From contig JAZRSO010000002.1 of assembly GCA_045651525.1 (NCBI GenBank), positions 4,837 to 68,836 on the forward strand: a stretch of DNA of 64,000 bases. Direction: 5' to 3'. Of this stretch, positions 7,197 to 17,660 are shown in pieces. This DNA comes from Candidatus Enterousia sp. GTDB taxonomy: Bacteria; Pseudomonadota; Alphaproteobacteria; Rs-D84. The notes below the pieces were generated by a model that made no database searches, was not told the DNA's origin, and saw only the letters and a program-made list of their open reading frames with translations. The position numbers were made by a program, and so were the translations under genes. Numbering within the stretch: the stretch's first letter is position 1; each line of letters begins with the position of its first letter.

Positions 7197-9602
7197 ATGT
7201 CAAAAATAAAACAACAATTTATAGACTTGAAAAATAGTACACCAAAGCATATTCAGTGGCTGTTACTGGCGGCGGCGTTTATTGTTGTTTTAATAATGAT
7301 GACTTTGCTGTTCAGTGGCGATAAAAAATCAAAACTGCCAGATACAGACAAAGCGGTCGCAGAACTAAAAATTTCACCAGATTCTGTCGATTGGGCAGAC
7401 GTTACTGTGGGCGATAAAAAAACACAAAAGATCAATGTGTCCGCAAATACACAGGTAAAAATAAAAGACGTCAGATGGCACAAGGAAGTCGCCGGTTTTA
7501 GCTTTAATGCTAACTGCAAACAAATACAAACTGTAACCCCAACTATTGGATGTGCAATATATGCAACATATGCACCAACAGTTGCGTCCGATACAGAATT
7601 GGCCACAATCTTTATTGATTGGTACGACGCGGCAAAGTCTGAGGATATGATACAACACAGCAAAATCGTGTTCACACTGGGGGCAAAAAATCCTGTGGTA
7701 ACACCCGCACCAATGCCAGAACCAGAGCCTGAGCCAGAGCCAGAACCGGAACCGGAACCGGAACCAGAACCTGTGCCTGAACCTGAGCCAGAGCCTGAGC
7801 CAGAATCAGAACCGGAACCAATAAAACAGGAAATAAAAGAACAAATTGAAATTATTGCACCTGCAATAGACTTTCAAGAACAGGAAGACACAGATATCCC
7901 TGCACCAGAGGCATGCTCGGACTTTGCATTTCCTGGATATGACAGTTATGGACAACAAATCGGATGGATAAAACCCGAAGGTGGCGCATACAAATTCCAC
8001 CCATTTTCTGATACAGAATGCGACAGCCCGACTGGCATTTATAACCCCGACAATGGCATTATCACAGATATAAACAATCGCGGAAAACGTATCGGCACAG
8101 ACGCAGAACATATCGGTTATAACGCCATCGCGAATGGTACATTACCAGAATTGTCAAACCCACCTGCCATCAAGGTGGTAAATCGCGCAAGACAGCTGGA
8201 AACAGATGAATTACCAGACAGTGGGGGCATGGGTAAAACTGACGATATGGGCAACAGTATTGTAAAACCTGCGCCAAAACCGGATGTTTCTTATCAATCA
8301 ACAGGCGCTGTTGTTGTTTCTTCAGAAATACACGACCGTCAATTCTTGTTGCGCCAATATAAACCAATTCCTGCGACAATTGTGTCCGACATTCGTGCAG
8401 ATATTGATGCGTTAAGTCGTGGGGTCCCAGTTCGCGCAACTGTAGACAGAAATGTTTATTCCGACAATGGCCGCAATGTTATTATTCCAACGGGTACATT
8501 ATTACTGGGTTATGTAACAGGCGAAGTCCCGGGCCCATACAAGGCAATTGGTCGCATGAATATAAACTGGTATCAATTTATATTGCCAAATGGTGTCGAA
8601 TTTAATTTCAGTGGCAACAAGGAAAGCGACCCATATTCTGGCGACTCACAGGGTCGTATTGGCGTCCCAGGCCGTGGCAGTACAGATTATTTGGAACAAT
8701 TCTTTATGCCAATGCTGACCGCGTTTGTGCCAGCGGTAATCAACCTGATAAACCCTGTGGCAGACGCATTTGTAAATCAAATTGATTTAGACAATAATAC
8801 TGTTGTACAAAGTGGTACAATGCGTTCATCAGAATTGGCAAAAAATGAAATTATTACCGCGTGGAATCAGGTTGCACAAAAACTGATGGTTGATATGATG
8901 GATAATACCGTACCACCATTTACAATTGCCGCTGGCACACGTATTACCGTATATTCACCGGTTGATTTGATGGTAACATGCGGCAATCCGAACGACGAGA
9001 ATGACCCAAATCGATTTAAGAAATGTGCAGTTCATGAATATGGTAGTGCCCCCCGTGCAAAACCTGGCTTTAATGACATACGCCCCGCAAATGATGATTC
9101 ATGGGTTGGTCAGTCACGTTCATTCGCGGTTGGTCAGTACTGCGTAGAAATAGATGGCCTGTGGCGTGTCAAAGAAGAATGCGCTGGGGCATCCGATGGT
9201 AAATTAAATTCATGTGGTGGACATTCATACAGCACGCTGAAAATGTATTGTGATTCGCTGAACTATCAATCAAAGAAGGCGTTGCAGTATGAAGCGTATA
9301 GAGAAGACCAAAAAGCGCAATATGATAAAAAAGTGGAAGATTTGGGTGGTGTTGGTTCACAACAATTTAATGAAGAAATCATCGGCATTAAATACGATGA
9401 CGAAGGAAATGTTAAAAACCCATACGAGGCACCATCTGAACCAGCCGCACCCGCAGAAGAAGTTATTACTTGTTTTGATGGCTCGATCCCAGATGCAAAT
9501 GGTTGCTGTGCCGGCGAAATATATACCGATATGGGCGACCAAGGCTTTAACTGTTGTCCAGAAACAGGGGGCGATTGTTTCCCACCAATTGTGGTCAATT
9601 AA
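7197..9602 (+). CDS. VirB10/TrbI-like protein with (PE)n linker and Cys-rich extensions
   Basis: N-terminal TM; 'PVRATVDRNVYSDNGRNVIIPTGTLLLG', 'GDSQGRIGVPG', 'PPFTIAAGTRITVYSPVDL'. Confidence 0.82.
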   Translation: MSKIKQQFIDLKNSTPKHIQWLLLAAAFIVVLIMMTLLFSGDKKSKLPDTDKAVAELKISPDSVDWADVTVGDKKTQKINVSANTQVKIKDVRWHKEVAGFSFNANCKQIQTVTPTIGCAIYATYAPTVASDTELATIFIDWYDAAKSEDMIQHSKIVFTLGAKNPVVTPAPMPEPEPEPEPEPEPEPEPEPVPEPEPEPEPESEPEPIKQEIKEQIEIIAPAIDFQEQEDTDIPAPEACSDFAFPGYDSYGQQIGWIKPEGGAYKFHPFSDTECDSPTGIYNPDNGIITDINNRGKRIGTDAEHIGYNAIANGTLPELSNPPAIKVVNRARQLETDELPDSGGMGKTDDMGNSIVKPAPKPDVSYQSTGAVVVSSEIHDRQFLLRQYKPIPATIVSDIRADIDALSRGVPVRATVDRNVYSDNGRNVIIPTGTLLLGYVTGEVPGPYKAIGRMNINWYQFILPNGVEFNFSGNKESDPYSGDSQGRIGVPGRGSTDYLEQFFMPMLTAFVPAVINLINPVADAFVNQIDLDNNTVVQSGTMRSSELAKNEIITAWNQVAQKLMVDMMDNTVPPFTIAAGTRITVYSPVDLMVTCGNPNDENDPNRFKKCAVHEYGSAPRAKPGFNDIRPANDDSWVGQSRSFAVGQYCVEIDGLWRVKEECAGASDGKLNSCGGHSYSTLKMYCDSLNYQSKKALQYEAYREDQKAQYDKKVEDLGGVGSQQFNEEIIGIKYDDEGNVKNPYEAPSEPAAPAEEVITCFDGSIPDANGCCAGEIYTDMGDQGFNCCPETGGDCFPPIVVN
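7715..7820 (+). repeat. Coding hexamer repeat (Pro-Glu)n
   Basis: CCNGAR tandem units encoding PEPEPE... Confidence 0.9.
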
Positions 9603-9606
9603 ACAC

Positions 9607-9632
9607 AAAACCCACCAAATGGTGGGTTTTTT
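9607..9632. terminator. Intrinsic terminator after the VirB10-like gene
   Basis: AAAACCCACC-AAAT-GGTGGGTTTTTT. Confidence 0.85.
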
Positions 9633-9692
9633 AATATAAACAAAAAGGATATAAAACATAACTGATATCTGATACAATATAATTTACATTAC

Positions 9693-9716
9693 AAAGTACG
9701 CACATTTGCGTACTTT
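9693..9716. promoter_or_regulatory. Palindrome (operator or second terminator)
   Basis: AAAGTACGCA-CATT-TGCGTACTTT followed by a T run. Confidence 0.5.
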
Positions 9717-9883
9717 TTTTATCCGAGAAAAGATAAAAATACCGATTCGATTAAAATATATTTTTTTCGCAACCCGAATCTGTTTTCCGATTCAAGCTGC
9801 AACCGTTGGTTGTAAGGTTTTACAGGAATCTTTTCTTATATTATAACTTTAATACCCAACAAAAAGAAAAAGGAGAAAGAAAA

Positions 9884-10225
9884 ATGAACGCAACAAACGC
9901 ACTGACAGCAACAGAAAAATTTCAATCCGCAGAACAATTGTGGTTCTGGTTTTTATATTCTAAATCTGTAAGAAATGATTTTTCAAGAATCCGTACAAAC
10001 CCAACAAAAAGACCTTGTGAAATACTGGATGTTGAAACAATGATTACAAAACTGTATCTGTCTGGAAAACTGACAGACGAACAATTGTGCGTTATGAAAA
10101 AATTTGGTGATAAAAGACGCGCACCACATCAACATATTTGGTCTGAAAATCGCGCAGCCGCACAATGGAAAAGCGCAATGGATGTAATCAGTGTTGCCGC
10201 ACAAAAACATGGTTGGATATATTAA
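9884..10225 (+). CDS. Hypothetical protein
   Basis: AGGAG RBS; FQSAEQLWFWF...RPCEILD...KLYLSGKL; resembles a conserved alphaproteobacterial unknown family (from recall only). Confidence 0.75.
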   Translation: MNATNALTATEKFQSAEQLWFWFLYSKSVRNDFSRIRTNPTKRPCEILDVETMITKLYLSGKLTDEQLCVMKKFGDKRRAPHQHIWSENRAAAQWKSAMDVISVAAQKHGWIY

Positions 10226-10242
10226 AATTTGGGGTACGAAAT

Positions 10243-10578
10243 ATGATTATTATCGCTTTTTCTGATAAAACATCGAAAATCTTGCCAAGACTGATTTGTC
10301 GTAAATTTAAACACGTGGCGCCAATCGCTGTACACAATGACAAATTAATTATGTATCAATTTATACGGCGCAATATATGCGTCAAAGTACATTTACGTAT
10401 GAAAGATATAAAAATACTGAATCAAAATGGTTGGAAATTTATATATTTAACAGGCGATATTCCGCCAGATTTTAATACGAAAAACGTACGCACTTGCGTT
10501 GAATTGACCAAACGTGCAATCAGATTAAACAAGTGGCATATACAAACACCAAACGCATTATATAAATATTTGATTTAA
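10243..10578 (+). CDS. Hypothetical protein, possible permuted papain-like fold
   Basis: FKHVA (His) precedes TCVE (Cys); ends TPNALYKYL. Confidence 0.6.
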   Translation: MIIIAFSDKTSKILPRLICRKFKHVAPIAVHNDKLIMYQFIRRNICVKVHLRMKDIKILNQNGWKFIYLTGDIPPDFNTKNVRTCVELTKRAIRLNKWHIQTPNALYKYLI

Positions 10579-10604
10579 AAAAATCCCCCAAACGGGGGAT
10601 TTTT
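10579..10604. terminator. Bidirectional intrinsic terminator
   Basis: AAAAATCCCCC-AAAC-GGGGGATTTTT between convergent genes. Confidence 0.9.
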
Positions 10605-10622
10605 ATTTAGCACAAATAAAAA

Positions 10623-10910
10623 TTAGCGTGATTTTGTATTCTTACCACCAAGAACCACACCTAAAGAAATCGCACCACCAAGACCCAAGAAGCACAACAT
10701 TCCCGCTTTTTGGTTTGCGTTTGCTTTTTCTGTAATATCATCAGGCACAATACCGTAATTGTCATATTCGTATCTTTCGCTTGGTGACATATACGCCAAA
10801 TCACTTGGGCTTGGTTCTACATCACAGCTGCTTAATGTCAATGCAAGTGCAAGACCGAACAATGACTTTGATGTCACATTCGCCATTTTTCGTTTTAAAT
10901 CTTTTTTCAT
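10623..10910 (-). CDS. Putative small lipoprotein with C-terminal TM helix
   Basis: Lipobox-like LSSC after a hydrophobic stretch; GAGGAG RBS. Confidence 0.65.
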   Translation of the reverse strand: MKKDLKRKMANVTSKSLFGLALALTLSSCDVEPSPSDLAYMSPSERYEYDNYGIVPDDITEKANANQKAGMLCFLGLGGAISLGVVLGGKNTKSR

Positions 10911-11040
10911 ATTTAACTCCTCTGTATCTGTTATATTAATATATAGTACTAAATATATTGTTTGTCAATATAAAAATAAATTTTTCTTTTGTAATTTAAA
11001 ACCCCTTTGTTTGCAAAGAGGTTTTAAAGTTTTGTAATAT

Positions 11041-12606
11041 TTATTTACTTTGCTTTTTTATTATCTGCATTTGAATTATGCCGAATATATTTGATACTGT
11101 CCAATACAAGACCAACCCCGCTGGCATCCATGCGAACATTATTGTAAATAATATCGGCATCCAACGCATCATCTTTTGTGTCTGGGCAGTAATATCATTT
11201 GCATTTGAACTTTTTGTTGCCGGTGTTTGTAAATACTGTTGCAACCACATTGTCGCCCCCATCAATATCGGCAAGATAAAATATGGATCCATCGCAGATA
11301 AATCAGATATCCACAAGAAATGTGCATTACGCATTGGAACCGATACCAGTAACGCCTTGTACAATGCAAAGAAAATCGGAATCTGGATCAACATTGGCAG
11401 ACAGCCTGGCATTGGCGATGTCTTGTGCGTTTGATACAGTTTCATCATTTCCATCTGCAAACGCATTTTGTCATTTGCGTACAGCTTTTGTATGCGTTGC
11501 ATTTCTGGCTGCATCTTTTGCATGGCGACCATATTTGTATATGATTTGCGTGTCAATGGCCACATCAATAAACGCAGTAATATCGTCATAATTATAATCG
11601 CCACACCATAGTTCATAACAATATGATGAATACCATTTAACACCCATAACATTGGACGCGCCAAGAACCAGAACCAACCATAATCAACCGATTCTGATAT
11701 GCCTGCTATCTTTTGTTCTGCCACATCCAGTACATGTTGTTCACGTGGGCCGGCGAACAGGTATGCAACCAAACTTTTTGTTTCCCCTGCCCCAACCGAT
11801 ACAGCAGATGACGCAACGTCTGAACTGTATGCATCGCCCGTCTTTTTAACACGAATTGTTTGATCAGGCCTGTCAATTGATACGACTGTCTGCCAGTACT
11901 GGTCATTAAAGCCTGCAAAACCAGATGTTGTTGAATATGCGTATGACTTCTTATCCAGTTTATTCCACGCACGTTGTTCAATATCAGAATTTGCATAAAC
12001 AATTGAACCGTTTGCCACCGCAGCAGATTGCGCACCAGACTTGTTTTCACGTACAACACGCGCATATGGCGATACAGATACAGCAGACTTGGAATTATTC
12101 TTTATTGTGTCTGTTATTGTTATAACATAGCCGTCTGTATCCAAGGTACGTGTAAATTCAACACCATCTGAATTGCGCCAAGTATAAGTGCCGTCTTTTT
12201 CGCGCCACACAGTATTTGCAACAGGTGCTGTTGTGCCAGTGGTCAGGAATCCAACCTCTATATAATCATTATCGCCTGACAATAATGCAACAGGTTCCAC
12301 AGAATCAGACGACACTGGAAATTCATTTAATAAAATATCTGAAATACGCAAACCTTGGACATTTGCAGAAACCTTGTCTGATTTAATTGTCTGCGTTGGA
12401 ACAGATGACATATCAACAGTATTTGTTTCAACAGGCGCATCTGTTACAACCTGTTTTGGCGCCATAATAGAGCCAACCATCCACCACGCCGCCATAAACA
12501 CCAATAACCACCACAAGAAACCAGAAAAACCAGACTTCTTAGTCGCGGCATTACGATTTGCATTCCACTGATTAAACCCAGAATTATTATTCATATACTG
12601 AACCAT
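11041..12606 (-). CDS. yidC: Membrane protein insertase YidC
   Basis: VDYGWFWFLARP, NYGVAIIIMTILLR, GCLPMLIQIPIFFALY, PAGLVLYWTVSN. Confidence 0.97.
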   Translation of the reverse strand: MVQYMNNNSGFNQWNANRNAATKKSGFSGFLWWLLVFMAAWWMVGSIMAPKQVVTDAPVETNTVDMSSVPTQTIKSDKVSANVQGLRISDILLNEFPVSSDSVEPVALLSGDNDYIEVGFLTTGTTAPVANTVWREKDGTYTWRNSDGVEFTRTLDTDGYVITITDTIKNNSKSAVSVSPYARVVRENKSGAQSAAVANGSIVYANSDIEQRAWNKLDKKSYAYSTTSGFAGFNDQYWQTVVSIDRPDQTIRVKKTGDAYSSDVASSAVSVGAGETKSLVAYLFAGPREQHVLDVAEQKIAGISESVDYGWFWFLARPMLWVLNGIHHIVMNYGVAIIIMTILLRLLMWPLTRKSYTNMVAMQKMQPEMQRIQKLYANDKMRLQMEMMKLYQTHKTSPMPGCLPMLIQIPIFFALYKALLVSVPMRNAHFLWISDLSAMDPYFILPILMGATMWLQQYLQTPATKSSNANDITAQTQKMMRWMPILFTIMFAWMPAGLVLYWTVSNIFGIIQMQIIKKQSK

Positions 12607-12608
12607 GA

Positions 12609-13145
12609 TTATTTACCACCCTTTACTGATTTTAGACATTTACGACGCGCAATATACCAATTCAACAGGTATAAACCAACGCCAACAACAATACATATAT
12701 CTGCAATATTAAATGCAGGCCAATGTATTCCACCAATATGAAAATCCAAGAAGTCAACAACCGCACCAAAACGGATTCTATCTATTAAATTACCAATTGC
12801 ACCACCTGCAATCAATGCTAATGGTACACGCTCATACCCCTTGGCACGTGCGAACAGGTAATGCAAGATAAATCCAATGATTACACCTGTTGCAATAATA
12901 ATTATCAATGGTAATGATTCACCCAGCCCACGGAACATTGAAAAAGATGCCCCTGGATTCCAAGTAAACACAATATTAAATATATCGCATACATGCGCCA
13001 TTAAATACGGCACAGGAACAATTTCCCACGCGCCACCAAACAATGGGACACCACCTGTGATTAAATACAGCAATACGCCCTTGGACAATTGGTCTAAAAC
13101 AACTGCGCCAAAAATTATTGATAAAATTAAACCTGTTTTTTTCAT
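12609..13145 (-). CDS. lspA: Lipoprotein signal peptidase II
   Basis: LDQLSK, NPGASFS, GGAIGNLIDR, VVDF, WPAFNIAD. Confidence 0.97.
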   Translation of the reverse strand: MKKTGLILSIIFGAVVLDQLSKGVLLYLITGGVPLFGGAWEIVPVPYLMAHVCDIFNIVFTWNPGASFSMFRGLGESLPLIIIIATGVIIGFILHYLFARAKGYERVPLALIAGGAIGNLIDRIRFGAVVDFLDFHIGGIHWPAFNIADICIVVGVGLYLLNWYIARRKCLKSVKGGK

Positions 13146-13235
13146 AATGACCTTTCCCAATTATATAGGTTGAAATATAACAATATACAACACTAAAATC
13201 AAATAAAAAGTCCCCAATTTTTTGGGGAATTTTTA

Positions 13236-14945
13236 TCAGTCTTGTTTATCAGAAATAACCGTTGACAATGCAGCATAATTATCAGCACGCATACTGTGCA
13301 ATAATTCTTCGATATCGCTGTCCAGAACACCTGCATGTTCCAAAACACCATAACCCAAATACAACGAGGATTCAATCGTTTCAGGCAACGCAATATGCGC
13401 ACCCTGGGCAGATAAAATCTGGGAATCAGCCAAGTTTCTGGCACGGGCAAATATTTTAATGCGTGGCGCAATTGATTTAGTCATTATAATCGTACGCTTT
13501 GCAGTTGTTGCATTGTCAAGCGCCACAACAACACTTTTAACCTTTCTGGGCGCCAGACCAAACTCACACAGCACATCGCGGTTCGTCGCATCGCCATATA
13601 CAACATTAAATCCCATTTCACGTCCCATCATAACCGCATTTACATCCATATCTATTGCAACATATGGAATACGTCGTGCGTCCAACATCTGGCATATAAT
13701 TTGCCCCACACGACCAAAACCACATACAATTACATCTGGCTTTATTTTTTTATCTATATCTGAATTTGCACGATTTGCTGATGCAGATAATATTCTGCCT
13801 GTACGCTGCAAATAATCATATAAACATAACAACAATGGTGTTACCATAATAGACAACACAATCACAGCTGTTAAAATATCTTTGTGTTCAATTGGAATAC
13901 CAGAAATACCACTGGACTTCATCGTCTGCAACATCAACAGTGCGAATTCGCCACCTTGGGCCAAAATCAGCGCAATCATTGTCGCATCTGGAATATTCAC
14001 ATTACGAACACGCGCAACCATAAACAAAGCAACAAATTTTACCAAAACTAACCCAATCACACCACCCAACACAATGTACCAATTAGATGCAATTAAATCT
14101 AGGTTCAGCCCCATACCCAGTGTTATAAAAAATAGTGATAAAAATAGTATGGCATATGGTGATATTTCAGCAGTAATTTGATGACGATATATCGTTTCTG
14201 ACATCAACATACCAGCCAAGAATGCACCAAGTCCTGCTGGCAAACCCATTAAATCCATCAGCACCGCCCAAATAACAATATTCAGCATAACAGCCAGTAA
14301 AAATGCCTCTTTGGATTTTAATTTTGCAACGCGACGTAACAATGGTGTCATTATAAAACGACCAATCACAATAACAGATACAATCAATGCCACAGATATA
14401 ACCGCAACATCAATCGCAGCCGCCCCCATATTAAATGTTTTGCCAGACAACACCGGCAACATTGCCAACAACGGAATCGCCAATAAATCTTGAAACAATA
14501 ATATTGAAAATGTCTGACGTCCCATATCTGTATTTAACTGATTTCTGTCTGTCAATATTTGCAAATCCGCAGATGTACTGGACATCGCCAATAACATCGC
14601 AACCATTATACAGCCCATAATAGACCAACTGGTAAACCCAACCAGCATTGGGAACAACATAACCGCAACCATTAAAACCTGAGCCGCTCCAAATCCGAAT
14701 ATCGTACGACGCAAACGCCACAGGCGCGTTATATTAATTTCCAGACCAATATTAAACCACAAAAACAAAATACCTAAATCACCCAAAAACTTCCACGTTT
14801 CTGTCAATTCAAACAAATTAAAAACATATGGCCCTGATAATACACCTGTCAAAAAGAACGCGACCAATGCACCAATCTTGGCGGTACGCAATAAATAAAC
14901 CAACACAAACACCGTTGCAAAAAACAGCAATATAGATATTGACAT
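13236..14945 (-). CDS. CPA2 (KefB/KefC-type) cation:proton antiporter with KTN domain
   Basis: ILLFQDL, LGAFLAG, LAQGGEFA, CGFGRVGQ, YGDAT. Confidence 0.92.
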   Translation of the reverse strand: MSISILLFFATVFVLVYLLRTAKIGALVAFFLTGVLSGPYVFNLFELTETWKFLGDLGILFLWFNIGLEINITRLWRLRRTIFGFGAAQVLMVAVMLFPMLVGFTSWSIMGCIMVAMLLAMSSTSADLQILTDRNQLNTDMGRQTFSILLFQDLLAIPLLAMLPVLSGKTFNMGAAAIDVAVISVALIVSVIVIGRFIMTPLLRRVAKLKSKEAFLLAVMLNIVIWAVLMDLMGLPAGLGAFLAGMLMSETIYRHQITAEISPYAILFLSLFFITLGMGLNLDLIASNWYIVLGGVIGLVLVKFVALFMVARVRNVNIPDATMIALILAQGGEFALLMLQTMKSSGISGIPIEHKDILTAVIVLSIMVTPLLLCLYDYLQRTGRILSASANRANSDIDKKIKPDVIVCGFGRVGQIICQMLDARRIPYVAIDMDVNAVMMGREMGFNVVYGDATNRDVLCEFGLAPRKVKSVVVALDNATTAKRTIIMTKSIAPRIKIFARARNLADSQILSAQGAHIALPETIESSLYLGYGVLEHAGVLDSDIEELLHSMRADNYAALSTVISDKQD

Positions 14946-14982
14946 TTATAACTCTCTCTCGCTTTTATTAAGACTGATATTA

Positions 14983-15807
14983 TTATATCAGATTTTGTGC
15001 CAATTCTGCAAACTTTTCTGGCGATAAATTTTCTGCGCGTTCAGTTCCAGTCAAACCAAAATGCGACCAATCAACATTTGGCATAATTGCACGTATCATC
15101 TTGCGACGCTGACCGAATAATTTTGCAGTTATTTTTTCAATCTTGGATAAATCTTGGATTAAAGAAATCTTTGCAGTGTTTGGAATAATTTGAACAACCG
15201 CACTTTGCACCTTGGGGCGCGGAACAAAGGCAGTATTTGGAACATCAAATAAAATTTTTGCATCTGCCAACAATGATGTCAAAACCGCCAAACGACCATA
15301 ATGTTCGTCACCTGGTTTTGATGTGATACGCAATGCAACCTCGCGCTGGAACATCAGTGTCATAGACGAAATTTGTTCGCCATTTGCAATTTTGTGCAAC
15401 CATCCAATCAGCAATTCCGTTCCAACATTATATGGCAAATTTGCACAAATCGCATAATTATCAAACCCAAGTTTTGAAAAATCAACGCACAACGCATCGT
15501 CATAAATCACACTTAAACGACCATCAGACACATCAATAATCTGCGATAATATGGGCTGGGTTGTTTTATCTTTTTCAATCGCAATTACGCGTTTGGCCCC
15601 AGCCATCAATATTGCGCGGGTAAGACCGGCAGGACCGGGGCCAACCTCTACCACTGGGGTTGTGTCAATATCTGGGACACTGCGTGCGATACGACCTGTT
15701 AAATTTAAATCAAACAAGAAGTTTTGACCAAACTGCTTTTTAGGTTCCAATCCGCATTCGCGCATCATTTCTGATACAGGTGGCAAAAATGCAATTTTAT
15801 CTGTCAT
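14983..15807 (-). CDS. rsmA: 16S rRNA adenine dimethyltransferase
   Basis: KQFGQNFL, EVGPGPAGLT, ANLPYNV, MFQREVA, QRRKM. Confidence 0.97.
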   Translation of the reverse strand: MTDKIAFLPPVSEMMRECGLEPKKQFGQNFLFDLNLTGRIARSVPDIDTTPVVEVGPGPAGLTRAILMAGAKRVIAIEKDKTTQPILSQIIDVSDGRLSVIYDDALCVDFSKLGFDNYAICANLPYNVGTELLIGWLHKIANGEQISSMTLMFQREVALRITSKPGDEHYGRLAVLTSLLADAKILFDVPNTAFVPRPKVQSAVVQIIPNTAKISLIQDLSKIEKITAKLFGQRRKMIRAIMPNVDWSHFGLTGTERAENLSPEKFAELAQNLI

Positions 15808-16403
15808 ACTGATTTACGCCCCCCAAACGCCAATGTCAATGTACCATCGTCCAGATAATCAAGATCACCACCCAATGGCACACCAGATGCAAGTTCTGTA
15901 AATGACACACCGTCCACACCATCAATAACAGACATGATATAATGCTGGGTCGTTTTGCCTTCAACAGTATTAGGCAATGCAAATATAACTTCGCCTACGG
16001 CTTCTTTTTCTATTCGTTCTGGCAGACAGGAAACGTTTAAATCCTGGGGCAATACACCAGACGCACCTGATAACAGACCACCAATAATATGATAACGACC
16101 ATGAAATACGCCTGACTTTTCCAAAACCCATACATCAGATAAATCACGAACGATACACAGCTGGCCATTTTGGCGTGAAGAATCACGACAAAATTCACAC
16201 GCCCCTGCCCCACGTTCTGTTAAAACACCGCAATTTGGGCATGGCGCAATGTTTTCCATCGCATCATTTATCGCGTTTGCCAGTGCCACACCACGACCCG
16301 TTTTGTCCTGCAACAGTGCCAGTGCAATACGCTGACCGCCACGGTTACCAACGCGTGGTAATTTTGCAAATAACTTTATCAACTTTTCAATTTTTGGATT
16401 CAT
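15804..16403 (-). CDS. recR: Recombination protein RecR
   Basis: KLPRVG, CxxC...CxxC zinc finger, TOPRIM 'TVEGKTT', GVPLGGDLDYLDDGTL. Confidence 0.96.
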   Translation of the reverse strand: MNPKIEKLIKLFAKLPRVGNRGGQRIALALLQDKTGRGVALANAINDAMENIAPCPNCGVLTERGAGACEFCRDSSRQNGQLCIVRDLSDVWVLEKSGVFHGRYHIIGGLLSGASGVLPQDLNVSCLPERIEKEAVGEVIFALPNTVEGKTTQHYIMSVIDGVDGVSFTELASGVPLGGDLDYLDDGTLTLAFGGRKSV

Positions 16404-16419
16404 AGTGTTTTATAGAATA

Positions 16420-17574
16420 CTAATGAAAAACATAACTGTCAATGCCATGATTGGTTGCAGACGCTTTTATTTTTTTGGCATCAGATTCTGTCAGGTTATA
16501 TTTGCGAACACGATACATACCGTTTCCTGTTGGTTCAACAACTGTATCGATTCCCAATTTATTTTTTATATTTTTCACATGACTTTCTGCTGCGCCCACA
16601 GAACCGAACGCACCAAATTGAACACCTGCGTTACCAGATGTTTTTGCAACAGGTTTTGACGCAGTATATTTTGGCATTGTATTTGCAGTTGCCAAATTAT
16701 ATGCCGCCGCCATTGTGGTTGCAGGCGCATTATTCTGAACCACAGGCGCAACAGGCGTTGAAACAGAAACAGGCGCAGCACCAGAATTTAACATTGAAAA
16801 ACCACGATTTAGCATTTGGGCCGCAATATTTGCACGAACATCTTTGTTTTCTGCACCCAAGACAACTGAAATTAAATGCGCATTACCACGATGTGCCGTC
16901 GCAACCAATGAATACTTGGACTTTTTGGTATAGCCTGTTTTCATACCATCACAGCCATTAAATGAAGTCAGCAAACGATTTCCGTTTGTGTATGTCTTGC
17001 CATTATACACCCACGATTTAATACCAAAGAAATGCCAATATTGTGGAAAATGCTTGTACACAGCCATAGACAACAATGCAATATCACGCGCAGTGGACAT
17101 ATGATCATCATTTGGCAGACCAGACGAGTTTTCAAAATTGGTATTTGTCAGTCCAATTTCACGCGCAACACGTGTCATTAAATCTGCAAAGGATTCTTCT
17201 TGGCCGCCTTTGAGATTTTCTGCCAAAACGCGCGCAACGTCGTTTGCACTGTACACCGCAACGGCCTTTATCGCGTCTTCTACTTTGATTTTAGAACCGG
17301 CCGCCAGCCCCAGTTTTACTGGTTCTGCATTTGCAGCAGACTGTGACACAATTAAATAATCATCCAACGCCAGACGTTTGTGTTCCAGCGCATCAAATGT
17401 CAGATACAATGTCATAATTTTTGTTAAACTGGCGGGGTAATTTAATTCAGTTGCGTTCTCTTGATATAACACACGACCTGTATTCATATCAGCCACCAAC
17501 GCCGCACGATATTGCGCCGCAGACGCAGACGCACAAATAAACAATGATAATAAAAGAGTGAACATTCTTCTCAT
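16420..17574 (-). CDS. D-alanyl-D-alanine carboxypeptidase (S11) with SPOR domain
   Basis: PASLTK (SxxK), SAN, KTG motifs; C-terminal VQFGAF...YRVR. Confidence 0.93.
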   Translation of the reverse strand: MRRMFTLLLSLFICASASAAQYRAALVADMNTGRVLYQENATELNYPASLTKIMTLYLTFDALEHKRLALDDYLIVSQSAANAEPVKLGLAAGSKIKVEDAIKAVAVYSANDVARVLAENLKGGQEESFADLMTRVAREIGLTNTNFENSSGLPNDDHMSTARDIALLSMAVYKHFPQYWHFFGIKSWVYNGKTYTNGNRLLTSFNGCDGMKTGYTKKSKYSLVATAHRGNAHLISVVLGAENKDVRANIAAQMLNRGFSMLNSGAAPVSVSTPVAPVVQNNAPATTMAAAYNLATANTMPKYTASKPVAKTSGNAGVQFGAFGSVGAAESHVKNIKNKLGIDTVVEPTGNGMYRVRKYNLTESDAKKIKASATNHGIDSYVFH

Positions 17575-17660
17575 AAAAATAATATTAGTAAAAAAATACT
17601 AATCGGGTCAATATATAAAACACCTTGAAAAACAAAACTTTCTATAATACCATATTTTAC

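Noticed and set aside
4933-9602. Integrative conjugative element at tRNA-Trp
   Set aside because: The VirB-like genes lie on the 5' side of the tRNA, with no integrase, relaxase or bounding att repeat
10579-10604. Recurrent terminator as a Neisseria/Haemophilus-type DNA uptake sequence
   Set aside because: I did not see the half-site scattered through coding DNA as a true uptake sequence would be; a k-mer count is needed to settle it
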